Shown here: one piece after another, positions 9,975 to 18,349 of the stretch | Numbering within the stretch: position 1 is the stretch's first letter | Layout of the letters: every line of letters starts with the position of its first letter | Origin: Burkholderiales bacterium | GTDB taxonomy: Bacteria > Pseudomonadota > Gammaproteobacteria > Burkholderiales > SHXO01 | Assembly: GCA_046160525.1 (NCBI GenBank) | Contig: JBJXGQ010000160.1 | Location: forward strand, 9,096 to 73,095 | Direction of reading: 5' to 3' | Length of the DNA: 64,000 nucleotides | Notes under the pieces: generated by a model | What the model was told of the DNA's origin: nothing | Databases searched by the model: none | Seen by the model: only the letters and a program-made list of their open reading frames with translations | Translations under genes and position numbers: made by a program

Positions 9975-9982
9975 GGGCGCCC

Positions 9983-11170
9983 TTATATTTTTTTCCACCG
10001 GGATTTGAGCCGTACCGGAACCTCCACTGCCGCCGCGTTTTCCGCCGACAGGAATTGGTCGAGGTGATGATCGCTGGGACCGAATTGGGTATCGATGGCG
10101 GTCAGGCGTTTGAAGTAATGCCCCGCGGGCAACTCGTTGGTCATGCCCATGCCACCATGTAATTGGATCGCTTGCTGGCTTACGAATCTCGCTGCCCTTC
10201 CGATACGCTCCTTGGCCGCCGACACAGCACGGCGGCGCTCCACGGGATCGGCGCTTTCCACTTTCACGGCCGCCAGGATGGCCATGGACTTCGCCATCTC
10301 GTATTCCATGCGGATATCCACCATGCGATGTTGCAGCGCCTGGAATTTGCCGATGGGTACGCCGAATTGCTGGCGCGTCTTCAAGTACTCCAGGGTTTGG
10401 GTATTGAGCGCATCCATGCATCCCACGGCTTCGGCGCATAGGGCCGCGATGGCGCGGTCCACAACGGTTTCCAGCAAAAGGTATCCGCCATCGAGCGCAC
10501 CCAGTAAGGATTCCGCTCCGATGCGCACGTTGTTGAAACTTACCTCCGCCGCACGCATACCGTCATAGGTAGGGTAATCGCGGCCTTCAACGCCTTCTTC
10601 GGCGGGATTCACGAAAAACAGCGAGATGCCCAGACGATCAGCCACCGCGCCGCTGGTGCGCGCGGGCACGATGAGCAGATCGGCGGCTGCGCCATGGATC
10701 ACCACGGACTTCTTGCCATGAATGACCCACTGCCCGGCCTCTTGGCGAGCCGTGGTTTCCACGTGGGCAAGATTGAAGCGCGCGGCCGGCTCCGCGTGGG
10801 CCAGCGCGAATTTCATGGAGCCATCGGCGATGCGCGGCAGCAAAACTCGTTTCTGTTCTTCATCTCCGGCGAGATGTATGGCACTGGCGCAGGCCACCAC
10901 CGTGGGCCAGTAAGGTTCGAGCACGAGATGGCGGCCAAAGGCTTCCATCACGATCATCGTTTCGATACTGGAGCCGCCGTACCCGCCGTAGTCCGGGGAA
11001 AAGGTCAGGCCGAGCAATCCCAGGGATGCCAATCCTTCCCAGGCGGTCGTACTCATGCCTTGGCGGCCTTCCACGATGGCGCGGCGCTGCTCGAAGCTGT
11101 AGTTCTTCTCCAAGAAGCGCTCGACGGAATCGCGCAACAGGCTTTGTTCTTCGGTATAGGAGAAATCCAT
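9983..11170 (-). CDS. Acyl-CoA dehydrogenase family protein (second subunit of a tandem pair)
   Basis: 395 aa starting MDFSYTEEQSLLRDSVERFLEKNY, with C-terminal QLHGGMGMTNE, the ACAD fold. It begins 2 nt after the stop of the upstream ACAD. Confidence 0.92.
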   Translation of the reverse strand: MDFSYTEEQSLLRDSVERFLEKNYSFEQRRAIVEGRQGMSTTAWEGLASLGLLGLTFSPDYGGYGGSSIETMIVMEAFGRHLVLEPYWPTVVACASAIHLAGDEEQKRVLLPRIADGSMKFALAHAEPAARFNLAHVETTARQEAGQWVIHGKKSVVIHGAAADLLIVPARTSGAVADRLGISLFFVNPAEEGVEGRDYPTYDGMRAAEVSFNNVRIGAESLLGALDGGYLLLETVVDRAIAALCAEAVGCMDALNTQTLEYLKTRQQFGVPIGKFQALQHRMVDIRMEYEMAKSMAILAAVKVESADPVERRRAVSAAKERIGRAARFVSQQAIQLHGGMGMTNELPAGHYFKRLTAIDTQFGPSDHHLDQFLSAENAAAVEVPVRLKSRWKKI

Positions 11171-11172
11171 GA

Positions 11173-12369
11173 TTACAGTCCGAGAATCATTTGGCTGACA
11201 ATGTTGCGCTGGATTTCATTGGTCCCGCCGTAGATGGAGACTTTGCGGTAATTGAAGTAGCGCGCGGCAAGCGGAGCGGCGTACTCCGGCCCGGCATACT
11301 CCCCGAGCCAATGATCGCCCCAAGCCATGGGAAGGTGGGGCAGACCCATATAGCCCACGGCATCCATCATCAATTCGGTGAGGGCCTGCTGAATCTCCGT
11401 GCCCTTGATCTTGAGAATGGAGGCTTCGGGTCCAGGCGGGCGGCCCTGCGATTCGGAGGCCAATACACGCAGCACGGTAATCTCCAGCGCCCAGATGTCG
11501 ATCTCCAGGCGCGTGATCTTGTCGCGGAAGCGTGCATCGTTCAGCAACGCATGCCCGTCTATTTGCTCTTGGGCCGCGATGTTCTTGAGTAAACGTAGTT
11601 CGCGTTTCGAGCGCCCCACCGCCGCGATGCCCGTGCGCTCGTGCGAGAGCAGGAACTTAGCGTAGGTCCAGCCACGCCCTTCCTCACCGATGAGATTTTC
11701 CACGGGCACTTCGACTTCGTCGAAAAATACCTCGTTCACCTCGTGTTCGCCGTCGAACATGATAATGGGCCGCACGGTGACGCCGGGCGCATGCATATCG
11801 ATGAGAAGAAAGGAGATGCCTTCCTGCTTTTTTCCATCGCTCGACGTGCGAACCAGGCAGAAAATCTTGTCGGCCCAATGGGCCATGGTGGTCCAAGTCT
11901 TCTGGCCGCTGACGACGTAATGAGCGCCTTTGCGCAGCGCGCGCGTTTTCAACGACGCGAGATCGGAACCCGACCCAGGCTCTGAATACCCTTGGCACCA
12001 GAAATCCTCGCTCGATGCAATTCTAGGAAGGTAGTAACTCTTCTGCGCGGCGTTACCGAAGGCCATGATGACAGGTGCCACCATGTGCACTCCGAAGGCC
12101 ACAACGGGCGGCGCGCCCGCCTCGGCGCATACCTCATCGAAGATATGCCGCTCGACGGGATTCCACGCGCATCCCCCGTAATCCTTAGGCCAAGCGGGCG
12201 CGATCCAACCTTGCTTGTGCAGAATTTTCTGCCAGCGGACGTAATCCTCTTTCCCCAGCCGCTTGTGCTCCAACACTTTGCGAGAAATATCGCCGGGGAG
12301 GTTAGCCCGAACGAAGGCGGACACTTGCTCGCGAAAAGCAAGCTCTTGGGCGTTGTAATTTAGATCCAT
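11173..12369 (-). CDS. Acyl-CoA dehydrogenase family protein (first subunit of a tandem pair)
   Basis: The family N-terminus MDLNYNAQELAFREQV starts at ATG 12369 (track ORF to 12420). YSEPGSGSDLASL, GQKTWTT and IYGGTNEIQRNI are ACAD motifs. Confidence 0.92.
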   Translation of the reverse strand: MDLNYNAQELAFREQVSAFVRANLPGDISRKVLEHKRLGKEDYVRWQKILHKQGWIAPAWPKDYGGCAWNPVERHIFDEVCAEAGAPPVVAFGVHMVAPVIMAFGNAAQKSYYLPRIASSEDFWCQGYSEPGSGSDLASLKTRALRKGAHYVVSGQKTWTTMAHWADKIFCLVRTSSDGKKQEGISFLLIDMHAPGVTVRPIIMFDGEHEVNEVFFDEVEVPVENLIGEEGRGWTYAKFLLSHERTGIAAVGRSKRELRLLKNIAAQEQIDGHALLNDARFRDKITRLEIDIWALEITVLRVLASESQGRPPGPEASILKIKGTEIQQALTELMMDAVGYMGLPHLPMAWGDHWLGEYAGPEYAAPLAARYFNYRKVSIYGGTNEIQRNIVSQMILGL

Positions 12370-12552
12370 GGCTCTCTCATTTGCGCGGCGAAGCTTACGG
12401 GATTGACCCCAGACGGGCAACCACGGCGGGCGTTATTTCACGGCCTTATGTTAACGGCACATTGCACCGAATATGCAACGGCGGGGGTCTATAATCCCCG
12501 CTCTGCCCTTTCCGCTCCGCGCGCTTGCGCCCATCATTCAGGAGATACCACC

Positions 12553-13890
12553 ATGGGAACCCGAGAACAAGATCTGCTCGCCCAACTCAACCTCACGCCC
12601 CTTTGGATGCCTTTCACCGCGAACCGGCAGTTCAAGGCGTCTCCCCGCCTGCTGGTAGCCGCAAAGGACATGCACTACACCGATCACACCGGGCGCCAGA
12701 TACTCGATGGCATCGCCGGGCTGTGGGCAGTGAATGCGGGACATTGCAGAGCGCCCATTGTGGAGGCCATCAAGAAACAAGCGGAGAGTCTGGACTACGC
12801 CACGGGTTTTCAACTGCATAGCCCCATGCCCTTCATGGCGGCGGAGCGCATTATCTCCATCGCACCCAAGGGAATGACCCAGGTCTTCTTCACCAACTCC
12901 GGCTCCGAAGCAGTCGACACGGCACTGAAGATCGCCCTGGCCTATCACCGAGCCAAAGGCGAGGCCAGCCGTCGCATGCTGATCGGCCGCGAGCGCGGTT
13001 ATCACGGTGTGGGATTCGGTGGTATATCGGTGGGGGGCATGACGGCCAACCGCAAGGTATTCAACACGAGCCTGCTGCCCAATGTGGATCACCTGCCCCA
13101 CACTCATCTCCCTCAGCAGAACGCCTACTCTCGCGGCCAGCCGGAACACGGCGCCCACCTCGCCGATGAATTGGAAAACCGCCTGATTCCGCTGCACGAT
13201 GCCTCCAACATCGCGGCGGTGATCGTGGAACCCATGGCGGGCTCCACCGGCGTACTCATTCCACCCAAGGGTTATCTACAACGGCTTCGCCAAATCTGCG
13301 ATAAGCATGGGATTCTGCTGATATTCGACGAGGTGATCACGGGTTTTGGCCGCACCGGGAACGCCTTCGGCTCCCACACCTTCGGGGTGGTGCCGGACAT
13401 GATCACCTTCGCCAAGGGCGTGACCAACGCCGCCGTGCCCATGGGGGGCGTGATCGTACGCAAGGAGATCTACGACGCCTTCATGAACGGTCCGGATGGC
13501 ATCGAGTTCTATCACGGTTACACCTACTCCGGACACCCGCTGGCTTCGGCCGCCGCCATCGCCACTCTCGATCTGTTGAAGGAAGAAAAACTGTTCGAAC
13601 GCGCGGCATCGCTCGCCCCCTATTTGGAGAACGCGGTACATGCCTTGAAAGGACTGCCCCACGTAATCGATGTTCGCAACATTGGCATGGTGGCAGGTGT
13701 CGAACTCGAACCCATCGCCGGCAAGCCCACGGCACGGGCCATGAGCGTATTCAACCGCTGCTGGGAGAAAGGCGTGCTCATCCGGACCACGGGAGATACG
13801 ATAGCTTTCTCGCCGCCTCTCATCGCCGAGAGGGCGCATTTAGACCAGATCGTGGGAACGGTGGCGGATGCCCTGAAACAACTTGGGTGA
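12553..13890 (+). CDS. Class-III (omega) aminotransferase, beta-alanine/omega-amino acid:pyruvate type
   Basis: ATG 12553 is preceded by GGAGA (12541-12545). LWMPFTANRQFK, GLWAVNAGHCR and FDEVITGFGRTG are typical. The track ORF start at 12403 is an upstream extension. Confidence 0.92.
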   Translation: MGTREQDLLAQLNLTPLWMPFTANRQFKASPRLLVAAKDMHYTDHTGRQILDGIAGLWAVNAGHCRAPIVEAIKKQAESLDYATGFQLHSPMPFMAAERIISIAPKGMTQVFFTNSGSEAVDTALKIALAYHRAKGEASRRMLIGRERGYHGVGFGGISVGGMTANRKVFNTSLLPNVDHLPHTHLPQQNAYSRGQPEHGAHLADELENRLIPLHDASNIAAVIVEPMAGSTGVLIPPKGYLQRLRQICDKHGILLIFDEVITGFGRTGNAFGSHTFGVVPDMITFAKGVTNAAVPMGGVIVRKEIYDAFMNGPDGIEFYHGYTYSGHPLASAAAIATLDLLKEEKLFERAASLAPYLENAVHALKGLPHVIDVRNIGMVAGVELEPIAGKPTARAMSVFNRCWEKGVLIRTTGDTIAFSPPLIAERAHLDQIVGTVADALKQLG

Positions 13891-13957
13891 GGCGTGAGCC
13901 GATAGGCGTGAGGCGTAAAACCCCTCACACTTCACTCTTCACGCTTCACTTCTCACG
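13887..13957. repeat. Heptad-periodic inverted repeat array (GTGARNN units)
   Basis: Four heptads on the plus strand (GTGAGGC GTGAGCC GATAGGC GTGAGGC) face five on the minus strand (GTGAGAA GTGAAGC GTGAAGA GTGAAGT GTGAGGG). The core hairpin is GTGAGG/CCTCAC. It fills the 79-nt gap between the aminotransferase stop and the M81 peptidase start. Confidence 0.55.
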
Positions 13958-13969
13958 TTTCAGGCCCAC

Positions 13970-15466
13970 ATGAAATTCGTTATCGCCCAAATGCAGCACG
14001 AAACCAACACCTTCTCGCCGGTGGCCACACCGTGGGAGGTGTTCGGTGGCCTTGATGGTCCTTATCTTGGCGAGGCCGCCTATAAGGCTATGAAGGGGAC
14101 ACGTTTGCCCATGGCGGCGTTTCTCGATTTGGCGGAAGCGGCTGGTGCACAGATCGTCACGCCCATCGCGGCTTGGGCAAACCCGAGCGGACCGGTGGAT
14201 GGTAAGGCTTATGAGCGCATCTGCAATGTGATTTGCGAGGCCGTAGCGGCCGGATGCGATGCGGTGTTTCTCGATCTGCATGGAGCGATGGTGGTAGCGG
14301 AGCGTACCGACGACGGTGAAGGCACGTTGCTGGAGAAAATTCGCGCCATCGCACCCAAGGTTCCCATCGCCGTATCGCTGGACCTGCACGCCAACCTTAC
14401 GGAACGCATGGTGCGCCACTGCACCGTGATCGCGGGCTACAAGACCTACCCTCACGTTGACCAATACGAGGCCGGGCACTTAGCCGGGAGCATACTGCTG
14501 CGCCACTTGAAGGGAGAAGTGAACCCAGTCATGGCCTGGGGAAATATTCCGCTGTTGGCGCAAACCCTCAAACAGAATACGGGTGAAAGCCCCATGAAAG
14601 ACTGTGTGGATGCAACGCGAGCAGCGGAAGCATCGGGGTTACTCGCCGCGACGGTTTTTGGTGGCTTTCAGCAGGCCGATATTCGCGATGCGGGTTTGAG
14701 TGCCGTGACCGTCGCGGACGGAAATTTGCAAGCCGCGCAGTCCGCCTGCCAAGACATTCTCGATGTGGCCTGGCAGCACAGGGAAGCATTCATTTATCGC
14801 GGCGAGCCCATGACGGCGGCGATCGCGCGCGCGAAAAAACTTGCGGACGAAACCGGAGGGCCCATCCTCCTTTTGGACCACGCCGATAACTGCGCCTCCG
14901 GTGCCACCCAAGACACCATGTACGTGCTGAAGGAGGCTCTTCGCCAAGGACTCACGGGGATCGCCGTGGGCCCGGTGCGTGACGAACAAGCGGTTGCAAC
15001 CATGATCGCCGCGGGCGTTGGCGCGAAAGTCACGGTGAAGATCGGAGGCAAGATGGACATGCCTTCCATCAAGGTCAAGGGCGAACCTTTGGAGCTGTCC
15101 GGGACCGTGAGAGCCATCACCGACGGCGAGTACACCATCACCGGCCCGCAGTTTCACGGCATGCGATGCTTCATGGGAAAAGCGGCGGTGCTGGACACGG
15201 GCGCCGCTGAGATCGTTGTAACAGAACGCAATCAGGAACCCTGGGATCTCGGCGTATTCACCAGCGTGGGAATCGACCCCGCGCGCAAGCGCTTTCTACT
15301 GCTCAAATCGCGAATGTATTTTCGGCCAGTGTTTCTGCCCATCGCCAAGGGACATGTGTTCTGCGACAGTATCGGAGTAGGGTCCTCCGACTGGGCGCTG
15401 TTCGATTACAGGAAAATTCGCCGCCCTATCTACCCTCTGGACAGCGAACTAGGCCTGCATCGCTAA
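13970..15466 (+). CDS. M81 family metallopeptidase (MlrC-like)
   Basis: 498 aa. MKFVIAQMQHETNTFSP is the hallmark N-terminus of the MlrC/DUF1485 family. Confidence 0.9.
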   Translation: MKFVIAQMQHETNTFSPVATPWEVFGGLDGPYLGEAAYKAMKGTRLPMAAFLDLAEAAGAQIVTPIAAWANPSGPVDGKAYERICNVICEAVAAGCDAVFLDLHGAMVVAERTDDGEGTLLEKIRAIAPKVPIAVSLDLHANLTERMVRHCTVIAGYKTYPHVDQYEAGHLAGSILLRHLKGEVNPVMAWGNIPLLAQTLKQNTGESPMKDCVDATRAAEASGLLAATVFGGFQQADIRDAGLSAVTVADGNLQAAQSACQDILDVAWQHREAFIYRGEPMTAAIARAKKLADETGGPILLLDHADNCASGATQDTMYVLKEALRQGLTGIAVGPVRDEQAVATMIAAGVGAKVTVKIGGKMDMPSIKVKGEPLELSGTVRAITDGEYTITGPQFHGMRCFMGKAAVLDTGAAEIVVTERNQEPWDLGVFTSVGIDPARKRFLLLKSRMYFRPVFLPIAKGHVFCDSIGVGSSDWALFDYRKIRRPIYPLDSELGLHR

Positions 15467-16194
15467 TGGGGCGAGAGTTTGGCGCGCAGGCGAGCTTGGC
15501 AGTGGGCCGCGACACGCAACCAATGATGCTCCACGCGCATGGCGTAAGCCGAGGTTTCCGCATCCCGCACCATCAAATTGAAGACTTGGTGCGCGCGGTC
15601 GATCTCGCCTTCTCGCATGAGCAGTAGGCCGAAGCGGCAACGCGCTTCCAATCCCACGTAGGCCGAGGTCAGGCAATCGTAGGCCGACAAAGCCGCCTGA
15701 ATGTTTCCTTGGCCTTCCAATATACGAGCGTGCAACAACTTGGTTTCCTCGGGACGGTAACGTGCGTGATCGCGCGTAAGCCGGGCTACACACGCGCTCG
15801 CGCCAGCCGGATCGTTGGCTTCAATTTGTGCGTGCGCGAGTTTGAAGAGAAAGTCCGGCTCGTTTGCATAAATACCTGTCAACGCGCTTTGATATAGCGG
15901 AACCGCATCGGCATGACGGCCACTACGCATGAGTTCATCGGCGGCGGTAATCTTGTTAGCGACGCTCGGACAAGCGGCGAGCGCGGCGAGTTTGCGCTCC
16001 AGCTCGCCAGGCGCCTCTTGCTCGGCGGTTTCTACAACGGGCGGCACTTGCTCCTTGGACTTCAATAACAGGAAGAACGCGAGAAAAGGCACGGACATCG
16101 CCGCCACCCGCCAAAGAACGTCGTTCCCGCCGTGAAGAATTTGAAGCAATGCGAAAGCTTCGAGTAACGCGCTGCCTAGTATCAAAGTGCCCAC
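15463..16194 (-). CDS. Membrane-anchored TPR-like protein (hypothetical)
   Basis: GTG start 16194 is preceded by AAGGGAG at 6-nt spacing. Two N-terminal hydrophobic helices are followed by TPR-like helical repeats. Confidence 0.7.
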   Translation of the reverse strand: MGTLILGSALLEAFALLQILHGGNDVLWRVAAMSVPFLAFFLLLKSKEQVPPVVETAEQEAPGELERKLAALAACPSVANKITAADELMRSGRHADAVPLYQSALTGIYANEPDFLFKLAHAQIEANDPAGASACVARLTRDHARYRPEETKLLHARILEGQGNIQAALSAYDCLTSAYVGLEARCRFGLLLMREGEIDRAHQVFNLMVRDAETSAYAMRVEHHWLRVAAHCQARLRAKLSPH

Positions 16195-16315
16195 GGCACA
16201 CTCCCTTCTTATCGATGGGTTTTCCTAGGATTGCGAGTGTCAAAATGCAGCGCTCTCAAGAAGAAAAACCGAGTATCCGTGGAAACGCAAGGAGTATGCC
16301 GTTGAACCTTTCGCG

Positions 16316-17131
16316 CTAACCCGCTAAAGTGATTCGGTGCATGACGCGCCGGTAGCCGTGATAGTCGTTAATGGGGTTGTGTTGCGCGCAGCGATTGTCC
16401 CAAAAAGCTAACGAACCCGGCTCCCAACGAAAGCGGCAAGTAAATTCCGGCTTGGTCTGGTGGGCGAACAAGTACGCCAAGAGCGGGGCACTCTCCTCTT
16501 CCGTCATATTTCGAAAGCACTGCGTGTGCGCGACGTTGACGTAAAGCGCCTTGCGTCCCGTCTCGGGATGCACCCGCACCACCGGATGTTCTGCCACGTA
16601 CTCTTGCCGTGCATCATCGCGCGCATCGCTTCGAATACGGTCTTCTCGCGTGCGAGAAACATCCGCCTTGGAGGAGGTGTTGAGGGCGGTTAGCCCATCG
16701 AGAATCCGGCGCAGGCCTTCGGAGAGCGCTTCATAAGCGAGATATTGATTGGCGAACAAGGTATCTCCGCCAACGGGCGGCACCTCGCGCGCCAACAGCA
16801 TGGACCCCATGGGAGGGCGCTCCAGATAAGCCGTGTCGCTGTGCCAGATGCCCCCAAAATTGGTGCGCTCGTGCTCCAGCTTCTTCACTTCGATAATGAC
16901 AGGATAGTCCGGCAGCCCCTTTACAAAGGGATACTCCACGGGCTTGCCCATGGCTTGGGCGAAGGCGAGAAACTGAGCGGGCGTAAGGGACTGGTTGCGA
17001 AAAAAGATGACGAGATGATCGAGAAAGGCTTGCCGGATCTGCGTGATAATCTCGCTCGGCAGCGGGCGGGAAAGATCGGCCCCGTCGATCTGCGCTCCCA
17101 AGGCCCCCGCCACTTTTTTGATTTCGATCAT
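16316..17131 (-). CDS. TauD/TfdA family Fe(II)/2-oxoglutarate dioxygenase
   Basis: The family N-terminus MIEIKKVAGALGAQIDGADLSRPL starts at ATG 17131. WHSDTAY (the HxD iron site), GGDTLFAN and DNRCAQH are TauD motifs. Confidence 0.9.
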   Translation of the reverse strand: MIEIKKVAGALGAQIDGADLSRPLPSEIITQIRQAFLDHLVIFFRNQSLTPAQFLAFAQAMGKPVEYPFVKGLPDYPVIIEVKKLEHERTNFGGIWHSDTAYLERPPMGSMLLAREVPPVGGDTLFANQYLAYEALSEGLRRILDGLTALNTSSKADVSRTREDRIRSDARDDARQEYVAEHPVVRVHPETGRKALYVNVAHTQCFRNMTEEESAPLLAYLFAHQTKPEFTCRFRWEPGSLAFWDNRCAQHNPINDYHGYRRVMHRITLAG

Positions 17132-17216
17132 AACGCAATCCTTTCCATGAGTACCCAGCGTAACGGTAAATGCTGGCGTTGAGCAAGCGCACCGATAGCC
17201 ACCACCGGAGAACCTT

Positions 17217-18335
17217 ATGACTTTACGCACTCAAGCCCCCTTCCGCGCGGATCATGTAGGGAGCTTTCTGCGGCCCCGGCACTTGCTAGAGGCACGCGCG
17301 CAGTATAAGGAGGGCAAGATCCCCAAGGATGCTCTACGCCAAGAGGAAGACCGCGCCATCACCCAGATCGTCCGCTTTCAAGAAGACCTCGGCTTCCAGG
17401 GCATTACCGACGGCGAGTTTCGCCGCACCTATTTTCACATCGACTTTCTGGAACAACTGGCCGGCGTGGAGACCAAGGGCGGCATCGCCGTCAGTTTTCG
17501 CAGCAATGCGGGGAGCGTGGATTTTTCTCCTCCAGTGATGCATGTGACAGGAAAAGTCCGGCATGCCAAACCCATTCAGCTCGCTGACTTCCAATACCTC
17601 AAGTCCGCCACGGCACGCACTCCCAAGGTCACCATCCCCTCCCCCACCATGCTGCACTTTCGCGGCGGGCGTAACGCCATCAGCACGGAGGCCTACCCGG
17701 ATCTGGACGCGTTCTACTCCGATGTGGCGAGCGCCTACCGCGCCGAGCTTAAAAGTCTCGCGGATGCAGGTTGCCGCTACGTTCAAATGGACGATACCAA
17801 TTTGGCCTATCTGTGCGACGAGAAGATGCGCGCGGGCGCCCGCCAGCGCGGCGACGATCCGGACGAATTGCCACGCCGCTACGCGCGCCTCATCAACGCC
17901 GCCATCGCGCAGCGCCCGAAAGACATGATCGTATGCATGCACTTATGCCGCGGTAACTTCAAAAGTGGCTGGGCGGCAGAGGGCGGTTACGAACCCGTGG
18001 CGCAAGTGCTGCTCTCGGAAATGGATATCGACGGTTATTTCTTGGAGTATGACGATGCCCGTTCGGGCGATTTCGCGCCGCTACGCTTCTTGCCCAAGCA
18101 CAAGTTCGTGGTACTCGGATTGGTGACCACCAAGTTGGGTGAACTGGAGCCCAAGGACACCATCAAGCGCCGCATCGATGAAGCGGCACGCTTCGCCCCG
18201 CTTGAAAACTTGTGCCTTTCCCCGCAGTGCGGATTTTCCAGTACCGTGCACGGCAACGATATCGCGGCGCAGGCCCAGAGGGCTAAATTGCAGTTGGTCG
18301 TGGAGACGGCGCGCGAGGTGTGGGGAGACAAATAG
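17217..18335 (+). CDS. Cobalamin-independent methionine synthase II family protein (MetE C-terminal-domain-like)
   Basis: 372 aa. FRADHVGSFLRP, ITDGEFRR and a C-terminal LSPQCGFSS match the single-domain MetE-like (YxjG/YxjH-type) family. Confidence 0.88.
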   Translation: MTLRTQAPFRADHVGSFLRPRHLLEARAQYKEGKIPKDALRQEEDRAITQIVRFQEDLGFQGITDGEFRRTYFHIDFLEQLAGVETKGGIAVSFRSNAGSVDFSPPVMHVTGKVRHAKPIQLADFQYLKSATARTPKVTIPSPTMLHFRGGRNAISTEAYPDLDAFYSDVASAYRAELKSLADAGCRYVQMDDTNLAYLCDEKMRAGARQRGDDPDELPRRYARLINAAIAQRPKDMIVCMHLCRGNFKSGWAAEGGYEPVAQVLLSEMDIDGYFLEYDDARSGDFAPLRFLPKHKFVVLGLVTTKLGELEPKDTIKRRIDEAARFAPLENLCLSPQCGFSSTVHGNDIAAQAQRAKLQLVVETAREVWGDK

Positions 18336-18349
18336 GCTTGGGAGGCGTG

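Noticed and set aside
9971-9994. The GGGCGCCC palindrome followed by a T7 run, as a terminator between the ACAD genes and the ankyrin gene.
   Set aside because: The palindrome has no loop, so it cannot form a useful hairpin, and the T-run is on the wrong (plus) strand for these minus-strand genes. It overlaps the ankyrin start codon and the ACAD stop.
9975-10439. Long N-terminal extensions of track ORFs. Examples are the ankyrin gene to 10439, yejF to 32354, yejE to 33871, rnhA to 27758, dnaQ to 27063 and the hydratase from 23008.
   Set aside because: The extensions run through the upstream gene in another frame and are Arg/Pro-rich. The internal starts reproduce family-typical N-termini and sit at ATGA/GTGA/TAATG junctions or behind good SD motifs.
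12462-12495. A TTGCAC...TATAAT promoter plus a TTGCA-N7-TGCAA dyad upstream of the aminotransferase.
   Set aside because: The spacing between the -35-like and -10 hexamers is 22 nt, too long for sigma70, and the dyad arms are only 5 bp. This is not enough to call a site.
13887-13957. A possible miniature CRISPR-like array, because of the short regularly spaced repeats.
   Set aside because: The units are only 7 nt long with no spacers, are arranged as an inverted array, and no cas genes are present. I kept it as an extragenic repeat/hairpin finding instead.
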